This document shows, piece after piece, positions 26,520 to 34,347 of a stretch of DNA of 64,000 nucleotides. The notes beneath the pieces are model-generated. The model saw only the letters and a list, made by a program, of their open reading frames with translations. It was not told the DNA's origin and searched no databases. A program made the translations under genes and the position numbers. Within the stretch, counting starts at the first letter, position 1; the number at the start of each line of letters is the position of its first letter. The DNA is taken from NCBI GenBank assembly GCA_031409275.1, contig JANNXA010000051.1, forward strand, positions 32,001 through 96,000, read 5' to 3'. This DNA is from Planctomycetota bacterium. GTDB lineage: Bacteria > Planctomycetota > B15-G4 > SIAN01.

Positions 26520-27458
26520 ATGAAAGCGGTCGGCGGGATCGACGAGGCGGGCCTTGGCCCCACCCTCGGGCCCCTCCTGTTCGGGGCGACGCTCTTCCGC
26601 GGCCCGGAGGCGGCGGTCCGCGACCTGCGGGCCGCCCTCGCGGGGGTCGTGACCGATCGCTTCGACGCGACCGGCCAACAGCTGGCCATCGACGACAGCA
26701 AACGCCTCTTCGCCGGGCGACGCACCCTGGCTCCGCTCGAACTGCCGGCACTTGCCGTCCTCGGCCCCGGGCAACCGCGCCCGACGTCGCTCGAGGCAGC
26801 GGTGGCGGCGCCGGAGAGCGGCGAACCGTGGCCCCCTTGGTACCGCCACGGTGCCAGCCTGCCGCGCGCGGTCACCGACAGACAGGTCGACGGTTGGCGC
26901 GTCCGCTTCGCCGCCGAGCTCGCGCAGCGCGGGATCGAGCTCGTCGTCGCGGTCGCGCGACCGTGCTTCGAGGCGGAGCTGAACGGCTGTTTCGCGCGCG
27001 GCCTCAACAAGGGGGACGCCGTCCTCGCCTGCGTGGCGCCGCTGCTGCAGCGGCTGACGACGGCAGCGCCGGGGATCGACCTCGAGATCGTCGTCGATCG
27101 ACTCGGGGGTCGGCGCTACTACGGCGATTTCCTGCGCCACCTCTTCCCGTTGCGACCGCTGTCGGTGATCGAAGAGGAACCGGAGCGCTCGCGCTACCGA
27201 TTGCGCGACGGTTCGCGCACGCTCGAGATCGCCTTCGAAGTCGACGGCGATCGCCGCCACCTGCCCGTCGCCCTCGCGAGCCTCTGCGCCAAGTACGTGC
27301 GCGAGCTCTTCGTCGAGCGACTGAACGACCACTTCTCAGCACGGCTGCCTGGGCTCGTGCCGACCGCCGGCTATCCGCAAGACGCGCAGCGCTGGCTCGA
27401 CGCCATCGCGCCTCACCTCCTCGGGGACGAGCGCGAACGCCTGGTGCGACAGCGATGA
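26520..27458 (+). CDS. rnhB: Ribonuclease HII-like protein, divergent
   Basis: GIDEAGLGPTLGPL, DDSKRL, VVDRLGG, GD..LPVALASLCAKYVRE, TAGYPQD. Confidence 0.75.
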   Translation: MKAVGGIDEAGLGPTLGPLLFGATLFRGPEAAVRDLRAALAGVVTDRFDATGQQLAIDDSKRLFAGRRTLAPLELPALAVLGPGQPRPTSLEAAVAAPESGEPWPPWYRHGASLPRAVTDRQVDGWRVRFAAELAQRGIELVVAVARPCFEAELNGCFARGLNKGDAVLACVAPLLQRLTTAAPGIDLEIVVDRLGGRRYYGDFLRHLFPLRPLSVIEEEPERSRYRLRDGSRTLEIAFEVDGDRRHLPVALASLCAKYVRELFVERLNDHFSARLPGLVPTAGYPQDAQRWLDAIAPHLLGDERERLVRQR

Positions 27459-27904
27459 GCCACGCCGACGACGATTCCCTGCCCGCGGAGCTCACGACAC
27501 GCTTCGTGCGTGGGCTCGCCTGCTTCGAACGCGGCGACTACTACGACGCGCACGAGGAGCTCGAAGAGGTGTGGTCGGGCGAAGTCGGCGCGAAGCGCCA
27601 CGTGCTGCAGGCGCTGATCCAGCTGGCCGTCGCGCTCCACCATCGCGCCAACGGCAACTTCGGGGGCGCCCTGTCGTTGTGCGAGCGCGCGCAGGAGCAC
27701 CTCGCGGCAGTCGCCGAAGTGACCTGTTTCATCGAACCCGCGCCGCTGGCGGCACGCATCGGGGCGATCGAGCGCGAAGCCAGAACGCAGCGAAACGCCG
27801 CGAATCCTCGCTTCGAAAGCACTCTGGTGCCGTCGTTCGCCGACGCGCTCGCCTCGGCGCATGCGGCACGGCAGGCGCGCGGCTTGCCGCCGATCTCGCC
27901 CTGA
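27455..27904 (+). CDS. DUF309 domain protein
   Basis: FERGDYYDAHEELEEVW, LQALIQLAVALHH..GN..GA; ATGA overlap with the rnhB-like gene. Confidence 0.88.
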   Translation: MSHADDDSLPAELTTRFVRGLACFERGDYYDAHEELEEVWSGEVGAKRHVLQALIQLAVALHHRANGNFGGALSLCERAQEHLAAVAEVTCFIEPAPLAARIGAIEREARTQRNAANPRFESTLVPSFADALASAHAARQARGLPPISP

Positions 27905-27912
27905 CGCGGAGG

Positions 27913-28950
27913 TCAGCGCGAGCGGGTCGCCTTGGGGCTCTTGGTCGCCAACGGCTCGACGGGCGTGTCGCCGCGCAACTGCACTCCGCGCCCATCGGGC
28001 GAGAGCTGCGCCGAGGCGAGATCGGCATCGGCCGCCGCCACGAGTTCCTCCGCACCCGACTTGGCTCCGCCCGATTGGACCGCGACTCCGATCCGCAGCG
28101 TGATCGGAACCTCGCGCTCCCCGGCCATCACGGTGCGACCGGCAAGGCTGTCGAGAATGCGCTGCGCCACCACGCGCACGCCCTCGAGCGGCGTGTTCGG
28201 CAGCAGCAGATGGAAGCGCGAAGGAGTCGCGCGACCCGCGACGTCGACGTCGCGCGACTCGCACAAGAAGACGCCTGCCACCTCCAGCAACGCCTCGTCA
28301 CCGGTCGCACGACCGTGCTTCTCGACGAGCTGGTCGTAGCCCGCCACCTCCGCGGACAGCAACGCGAGCGGCTGGCCGTAACGGCCGGCCCGCTTGCACT
28401 CCTCCTCGATCTTGAGCGCGAGGTAATCGCGCAGGACGAGGCCGGTCAGCCGATCGGTCACCTTGGAGATCAGCGATTCGTCGGCGTCGCCTTGCGGCTC
28501 GCCGATCAGGTCGCGGAAGAGGCGATCGTTGCGCGCCGAAGTCGGGTCGCGCGAAGAGAGCTCGAGCGGATCGACCGCACCCCAATCGGCACCGAGGAGA
28601 GCGTTCAACTTCGCGCTCGGCGGCGTCCCGAACAGGACGCGCTTCGCACCGACGTGACGTGCGCGCGCACGCACGTACGGATCCTCCGCGTCGGCGATGA
28701 GGACGGTCGGGATCGCGGCGCGCGTCGTCGTAGCGACTGCAAGCTCGCGACAAAGCTCGAAGCCCGAAACCGTGGCGAGCATGCAGGAGGCGATCAGCAG
28801 GTCGACAGGAGCCTTCGCGGCCGCATCGCGCACCGCCAAGCCGTCGGCCGCTTCGGAAACCTCCGCCCCGGACGCCCGCAACACCGCGACGATGCGCGCG
28901 CGCTCGGACGGATCGAAGTGAGCTACCAGGAGACGCTGTCGCTTCGCCAC
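27913..28950 (-). CDS. Degenerate REC plus degenerate GGDEF-domain protein, probable c-di-GMP effector
   Basis: REC-like EAADG..SGFELCREL; TDRLTGL, GDEAL, LLLPNT..G, ITLRIGVA, AAD..L; signature motif replaced by TPSRF, upstream RDVD retained. Confidence 0.85.
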   Translation of the reverse strand: MAKRQRLLVAHFDPSERARIVAVLRASGAEVSEAADGLAVRDAAAKAPVDLLIASCMLATVSGFELCRELAVATTTRAAIPTVLIADAEDPYVRARARHVGAKRVLFGTPPSAKLNALLGADWGAVDPLELSSRDPTSARNDRLFRDLIGEPQGDADESLISKVTDRLTGLVLRDYLALKIEEECKRAGRYGQPLALLSAEVAGYDQLVEKHGRATGDEALLEVAGVFLCESRDVDVAGRATPSRFHLLLPNTPLEGVRVVAQRILDSLAGRTVMAGEREVPITLRIGVAVQSGGAKSGAEELVAAADADLASAQLSPDGRGVQLRGDTPVEPLATKSPKATRSR

Positions 28951-29061
28951 TTGCGGGCTCCATCGGCCGTCCCGCGAGAGCGCGGGCGCGACCGCCTCGG
29001 CTCATCGGCGTTGCTGGCCTTGCGACCTTAGAAAAAAATTCCGTTCCTCGCGGACACCGCC

Positions 29062-31533
29062 TCAATCGTCGAGGTAGCCCAGCTCGCGCAGCGCCGCGCG
29101 CTCCTCTTCGCTGAGCGCCCCGCCGGAGCGCGACTCCTGGCTCGGCAAGCGTTGCGCGGCCTCGCGCAGCGCGGCGATCTCGGCGGCGAGACGCCGCGCG
29201 AGGCCAGTGCGGCGGGCGGGCTGCACCCCGCTCAGGTCTTCCTTTTCGGCGAAGTCGCGGTCGAGTTCGAACAGCGCGAGCTGCGGCTCGCCGCCGTCGA
29301 ACTGACGCGACATCAGCTTCCAGGCGCCGAGGTGCAGTGCCGCCTGGCGCGTCGGCGCGTCCGGCTTGCCCAGCACGAGCAGCGGCGGCGAGGGGTCGTC
29401 GGAGGCGGGAGCGAAGACGTCGCGCGCCAACACGCGCGGGTCGCCCGTCAGCGAGAGCCGGGCCGCGAGGGTCGGCGCAACGTCGGCCAGCTCGACGTCC
29501 TCCATGCGGAGACCCGGCTCCACGTTCGGCCCGGCAAGGAGCCACGGCACACGTGTCGATTCGACGTAGAGCGCGTGTCCGTGGCCGGTCTGGCCGTGCT
29601 CGCCGAACTCCTCGCCATGGTCCGCCACGACGCAGACCAGCGTGCGATCGAGCAGGTGGAGCGCGGCGAGTTTTCGAAGCACGGCGCCGACGAGCTCAGC
29701 GTCGACCTGCGCGACCGTCGCCGCGTAGAGAGCGCGAAGTCGCCGCAGCGCCGCCGCGTCACCGCGCAGCAAGGCCGCGCGCAGCGCGATCGGGTCGTCG
29801 CCCGCGACCACTTGCGATGGATCATCGAACCGCTGCAGCCAGGCCGGTGCAGGCGTGTAGTTGTGCACGAAGAAGGTGTGGAGGAAGAGGAAGAACGGCG
29901 CGCCGGCGTGATGGTCGAGCCAGTCCAGCGCCGGTTCGAGGGGAGGCTGATCGACCGCGCGAAGCGAAGGTGCCGGCCGCGGGCGATCGCGACGCAACTG
30001 CGTGCGGCCCATCGGATCGTCGACCGAGTAGAGATCGAAGCCTGCTCCGAAGCCGTAGCTCGGCGCGACGAATCCGCCGCCAGTGAAGGCCGCCGTGGCG
30101 TAGCCCTCCGCGCGCAGCCGCTGCGCGAGCATCAGCGTTCGTTGCGGATCGAGTCGGTCGCCGAGGTCGAGCAGGCCATGCACGTAGGGATGCTGACCGC
30201 TGAAGAGCGACGCATGGGTGGGCAGCGTGTACGACGAGGGTGACCAGACGCGCTCGAAGCGAGCGCCCCGTGCAGCCAGCGCATCGAGCTGCGGCGTGTT
30301 CGCTGCGGCGGTTCCGTAGCAGCCGAGCGCATCGGCGCGCAACGTGTCGATCGAGAGGACCACGAGGTTGAACGCGGGCACCGCATCTGCCGCCGGCACG
30401 GCGCGTTCGCGTGCGACGATGCGCGGTGAAACGACGAATCCGACGGCATCCGGCGCACCCCGCGTCGAGATCTTCAGCTGCGCCGTGCGCCCCGCCCCGC
30501 CCGCGAGATCGGCGCGATGCAACCGCAGCGGTTGGCCCGCTCGCAGCGGCGCGGCCCGCACCGTGTCCAGCGCGATCGGGACGCCATCGAGGGTGATCTC
30601 GAAGCGGAGCTCCGGGCCGGACAACGCCGCGAGCGCTCCGCAGGCGTAGACGAGATCGGCGGGTTCGGGCGGCAGCGCGACCGCGAACGTCGCGTCGGTG
30701 CCGTTGGGGAGCAGCAGTGCGTCGACCGTCGACTGCGCGAGTTCGAGCGTCCGGCGCCGTGGATCGCGTCCGGCGTCGAAGGTCGGTCGCGAGGCTGCGG
30801 CGACCGCGGCGGGAAACGCGACCTCGCGCAGCTCGATGAAGTCGCAGTCGAGCCCCTCCTCGGACGGGATCAGGGAAACGCTCACGCTTCGGCGACCGGG
30901 ACGGGGAGCGAGCGTGAGCGAGACATCGACCCACTCGCCGCCCAGCCGTGGCTCCATCAAGACCGCTTGAGCGGCGTCGATCGCCTCTTCCGAACGGGCG
31001 CGAAGCGCCACCGCGAGGTCCGCGCCTTCCGGCGCCGCGCACCCGTGCGGCAGCACGAAGAGCGCCGCACCGCCCGCCCCGGGAGGGGCGCGCAATCGCG
31101 CACGCACCACGAGCGAAGCTGCCGCCGGAGCCGCGAAGAAGCGATGCAGCCCCTCGTCGCGCGGCTCGAGTCGGAGGAACCGCAGCCCCTCTTCGTGCGC
31201 CGATTCGCCGGTCGCGCGCCGTTCAGGGCTTTCGCCTGCGAGGAGCTCATCGCGCCAGGCGCCGTCGAACCAGGGCGCGTTCGGGGCCGTGTCGAACTCT
31301 TCGCGATCGCAACTGCGGGTGACCCCCGCCGCGTCGAGTTCACCGTCGAGTCCCTGCAACGGCCCGTCGAAGCGCGCGCGATCGAGTTGATCGAGCAGCG
31401 GCTGCGAGCGCCCCGCCACGGCGCCAGCAAGGGGCGCGGCACGAGGAGCGGCGGCGGCGGGATGCGAGTCGGATCGCGCCGCGCCGGAGCAACCGACGCA
31501 GCCGACCGCCACGAGCAGCCACGAGTGCTTCAC
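29062..31533 (-). CDS. Sulfatase-like (alkaline phosphatase superfamily) lipoprotein
   Basis: Lipobox VGCVGC; NLVVLSIDTLRADALGCYG, TPQLD, YTLPTHASLFSG, FFLFLHTFFVH, ADHGE..EHG..GHG, LFELDRDFAE. Confidence 0.9.
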   Translation of the reverse strand: MKHSWLLVAVGCVGCSGAARSDSHPAAAAPRAAPLAGAVAGRSQPLLDQLDRARFDGPLQGLDGELDAAGVTRSCDREEFDTAPNAPWFDGAWRDELLAGESPERRATGESAHEEGLRFLRLEPRDEGLHRFFAAPAAASLVVRARLRAPPGAGGAALFVLPHGCAAPEGADLAVALRARSEEAIDAAQAVLMEPRLGGEWVDVSLTLAPRPGRRSVSVSLIPSEEGLDCDFIELREVAFPAAVAAASRPTFDAGRDPRRRTLELAQSTVDALLLPNGTDATFAVALPPEPADLVYACGALAALSGPELRFEITLDGVPIALDTVRAAPLRAGQPLRLHRADLAGGAGRTAQLKISTRGAPDAVGFVVSPRIVARERAVPAADAVPAFNLVVLSIDTLRADALGCYGTAAANTPQLDALAARGARFERVWSPSSYTLPTHASLFSGQHPYVHGLLDLGDRLDPQRTLMLAQRLRAEGYATAAFTGGGFVAPSYGFGAGFDLYSVDDPMGRTQLRRDRPRPAPSLRAVDQPPLEPALDWLDHHAGAPFFLFLHTFFVHNYTPAPAWLQRFDDPSQVVAGDDPIALRAALLRGDAAALRRLRALYAATVAQVDAELVGAVLRKLAALHLLDRTLVCVVADHGEEFGEHGQTGHGHALYVESTRVPWLLAGPNVEPGLRMEDVELADVAPTLAARLSLTGDPRVLARDVFAPASDDPSPPLLVLGKPDAPTRQAALHLGAWKLMSRQFDGGEPQLALFELDRDFAEKEDLSGVQPARRTGLARRLAAEIAALREAAQRLPSQESRSGGALSEEERAALRELGYLDD

Positions 31534-31658
31534 GCTGCGACCCGCCGCGCAACGAGGCGACGCAGGGCATTCGCGACGACGCCGCCCCGCTCGCGCGTTT
31601 GCTGCGAATCGTGGCGGCGACCGTCCAACGAACCGACTCCCGCGGAGCGGGCTGGCGC

Positions 31659-32153
31659 TCAGCGCTTCGAGAACTGGAAGCGACGACGGGCGCCGCGCTG
31701 ACCGTACTTCTTGCGTTCCTTCATGCGACTGTCGCGAGTGAGGAAGCCGGTGGCTCGCAGGACGGGCTCGAGCGTCTCATCCGCGTTGCACAGCGCGCGC
31801 GACAGGCCCATGCGCACGGCGCCAGCCTGACCCACCGGACCGCCACCGCGCACGTTCACGAAGACGTCCCACTTGTTCTCGGCCGCGATGGTCACGAGCG
31901 GCGCGCGCGAGTCGCCGATCTCCTGCATCGTCGGGAAGAAGATCTTCGCGTCCTTGTCGTTCACCATGAAAATGCCGGTGCCTTCACGCACGCGCACCCG
32001 CGCCACCGACGTCTTGCGTCGTCCCGTGCCCCAGTAGTAGCCGCCGAGCTTCTTGCCGCGCAGACGCGACGCGGGCTTGGGAGCCAGGTCGATCGTGGCC
32101 TGCGCCGCGACGGGCGAGCCAACCAGAGGAGCCGATTCGGGAAGGTTGCGCAT
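31659..32153 (-). CDS. rpsI: 30S ribosomal protein S9
   Basis: GTGRRKTSVARV, VRGGG..GQAGA, LTRDSRMKERKKYG, FQFSKR. Start is 32153 or 32162. Confidence 0.97.
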   Translation of the reverse strand: MRNLPESAPLVGSPVAAQATIDLAPKPASRLRGKKLGGYYWGTGRRKTSVARVRVREGTGIFMVNDKDAKIFFPTMQEIGDSRAPLVTIAAENKWDVFVNVRGGGPVGQAGAVRMGLSRALCNADETLEPVLRATGFLTRDSRMKERKKYGQRGARRRFQFSKR

Positions 32154-32232
32154 CGTGTTCATGAAGTTCTGCGATCTGGGGTTGGGGTGAGGAGGGCGCG
32201 ACGCGCAGCGGACGCGTCGCCAAATCGGCGCT

Positions 32233-32667
32233 TCAGCTTCGAGCCGCGAGCGGCTTCGGGGCCTGCGCAACGTGCGGATGGTCGGCTTCCGCGTAGACCT
32301 TCATCTTCTTCAGCATCGCGCGTCCGAGCCGCGACTTCGGCAGCATGCGGCGCACGGCCAACGTGATGAGTTCGACCGGCTTCTCGGCCAGCACCTTTCC
32401 AGCCGCGCGCTCCTTCAATCCACCGATCCACCCGGTGTGGTAGCGCACCATTCGCTTGTCGAGCTTGGCGCCGGTGAGCTTCACCTTGGAAGCGTTCACC
32501 ACGACGACGAACTCGCCCGTGTCGATGTGGGGCGAATAGATGGCGCGGTGCTTGCCCATCAAGATGGTGGCGATCTGGGTTGCCATCCGGCCGAGCACAA
32601 GGCCGCTGGCATCGACGAGGTGCCAGCCGCGCGGCACGTCGGTCTGCTTCGGGTAGGTCGTGTTCAT
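32233..32667 (-). CDS. rplM: 50S ribosomal protein L13
   Basis: WHLVDA..LGRMAT..LMGKH..YSPHIDTG, AVRRMLPKSRLG, HPHVAQ. Confidence 0.98.
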   Translation of the reverse strand: MNTTYPKQTDVPRGWHLVDASGLVLGRMATQIATILMGKHRAIYSPHIDTGEFVVVVNASKVKLTGAKLDKRMVRYHTGWIGGLKERAAGKVLAEKPVELITLAVRRMLPKSRLGRAMLKKMKVYAEADHPHVAQAPKPLAARS

Positions 32668-32700
32668 GGACTCATCGATCCGCAAAAAATGGGAGGCGGG

Positions 32701-32728
32701 AGTCTATAGGCGCCCTTTCGCCGGTCAA
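32701..32728 (-). promoter_or_regulatory. Sigma70-type promoter of rplM-rpsI
   Basis: TTGACC-N16-TAGACT followed by GC-rich CCCGCC. Confidence 0.75.
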
Positions 32729-32783
32729 GGCGCCGCCTGCAGCCCCCGGAGAACGTCACGTCCAGCACGCGTCCGGCCGCGGG

Positions 32784-33737
32784 TCAGTGTGCCGCGGCGG
32801 CGCTCGCCACCGTCGGCTCGACCGCAAAGACGACGAACGGGTCGGCGAACTGGAGGCGAATCCGCTCGATCCCGGCGAGGTCGGGATAGCGAGCGGCCAC
32901 CCGGAACAGCCCTCGGACCTTCGCGGCGGCGAGCGGCTCCAATGCGCCGAGCTTCGGATGAAGGCGCGAACGCCCCCATTCGATGGCCAGCCCCGAACGG
33001 GTGTAGATCTCGACATCGGTGAGCGAAAGCCCGGCGGAACGCTCTTTCGCCGTGACGTCGATCACGTCGAGGGCAAGTCCACGGCGCACGAGGTCGTCGC
33101 GGAAAGGAGCGATCTCGGCGGCGACTCGCAGCCCTTCTTCGATCGCCGGATCGCGCACGGCACTTCCGATCGGCGCCGTGCGCAGCGGATGAGCGGCATG
33201 GATCAGCGGCAGTTCGTGGCTCGCGAGATACTCCGTCGCGCCGGCGGCACTCGCGACCAGGATCGCGTCGGCGTCGACCAGGAACAGCCCGTCTTCCGAC
33301 TCGATCAGCGCCACGGGGGTTCGCAGCGAAACTTCAATCTCGAGCTGATTCGGATAGCGCTTCTCGACCCGATCAACGCTCTTGACCCAACCATTCGCTG
33401 ACTGGATCGCACGGGTCAGCGCCGCTACATCGGCATCCTCGCGCAACGGCGTCGGCTGCAGCTCCGCGAGCGACGCGCGCAACGATTCCTCGATCGTGCC
33501 AGACAGCCAGCCCGGCCCGGTGCTGACCTCGGCATAGCAGGGATCCACCAGGAACGCGCGATCGCGCCCTTCGAGCAGGCCCGGCCAACGGGGCAGCCAG
33601 ACGATGCCGGCACCGACCAGCGCGACGAGCAGCGGCAGGCGCAACCGGCGGGCGATGGCATCGGTCGACGGCACTGCTCGCGGCGGTGACGACGACACTG
33701 CCGGCCGCGTCGCGACGCGTTCTTTCGTGGAACTCAA
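32784..33737 (-). CDS. FtsQ/DivIB-like bitopic membrane protein
   Basis: TTG after GGAGG; single TM; WVKSVDRVEKRYPNQLEIEVSLRTPVALIE..FLVDADA, resembling the POTRA-to-beta junction of FtsQ. Confidence 0.65.
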   Translation of the reverse strand: MSSTKERVATRPAVSSSPPRAVPSTDAIARRLRLPLLVALVGAGIVWLPRWPGLLEGRDRAFLVDPCYAEVSTGPGWLSGTIEESLRASLAELQPTPLREDADVAALTRAIQSANGWVKSVDRVEKRYPNQLEIEVSLRTPVALIESEDGLFLVDADAILVASAAGATEYLASHELPLIHAAHPLRTAPIGSAVRDPAIEEGLRVAAEIAPFRDDLVRRGLALDVIDVTAKERSAGLSLTDVEIYTRSGLAIEWGRSRLHPKLGALEPLAAAKVRGLFRVAARYPDLAGIERIRLQFADPFVVFAVEPTVASAAAAH

Positions 33738-33809
33738 AGAATCCCTCCCGCGGACGCAACCCCACGTCGTCAGCTCGCCCAGCCGGCGACGGGGGTGGAA
33801 GTGCGGCGA

Positions 33810-34067
33810 TTATGGCCGACTGACGGCCGCTCGCGCACCTTCGCCGGCAAGGACACGGTTGTCGCTCTTCGGCGCACGCACCTCGATGTCCTCGACGACG
33901 CACTCGAGCGTCGTGATCACGGACTCGAACAACTCCTTGTTGACCGTGACGACATCGCCCGACTTGGCGCCTTCGAGCTCACGGTAAAGCAGTCCGATCA
34001 TCACCTTGAGAGGAGCGGTCCGCCGCACCACCTCGGAACCGGTCCTCTGTCCGCCAACCTTCTCCAT
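33810..34067 (-). CDS. Small hypothetical protein, 85 aa
   Basis: ATG 34067 preceded by GGAGGT at 9-nt spacing; balanced amino-acid composition unlike shadow ORFs. Confidence 0.7.
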   Translation of the reverse strand: MEKVGGQRTGSEVVRRTAPLKVMIGLLYRELEGAKSGDVVTVNKELFESVITTLECVVEDIEVRAPKSDNRVLAGEGARAAVSRP

Positions 34068-34347
34068 GGACTCAACACCTCCAGCTGGAATCTGCCGTAA
34101 ATCGCGGTTACATGGCGCCCGCACGAGGCGGGCAGACCGTTCGGGACGAGACCGGCGCGTCAGCGCGCCTGCCTTTTCCCACGATCCTTCCCGGTCCCGC
34201 CCCGCTCGCCGGAGCGGGGTCGCCAACGGGGCGCGATGATAAGGCGGTCGCTGCCGCGCCGTCACGATCCTCTACGACCGACGCCGACCGACCGCCCCTC
34301 AACCTTTGAACTTCTAATCCGACAGTTCTCAACAGGCCATCAACGAC

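Noticed and set aside
28998..29050. Possible ECF- or sigma28-type promoter before the REC-GGDEF gene (GGAAC, T-tract, GCCGATGA on the minus strand)
   Set aside because: Spacing does not match sigma28 and the ECF match is weak; TSS data are needed.
34308..34328. GAACT-N11-AGTTC inverted repeat / sigmaE-like motif upstream of the helicase, and GTAA-N7-TTAC near 34097
   Set aside because: Too short, and the spacing fits no consensus I can name with confidence.
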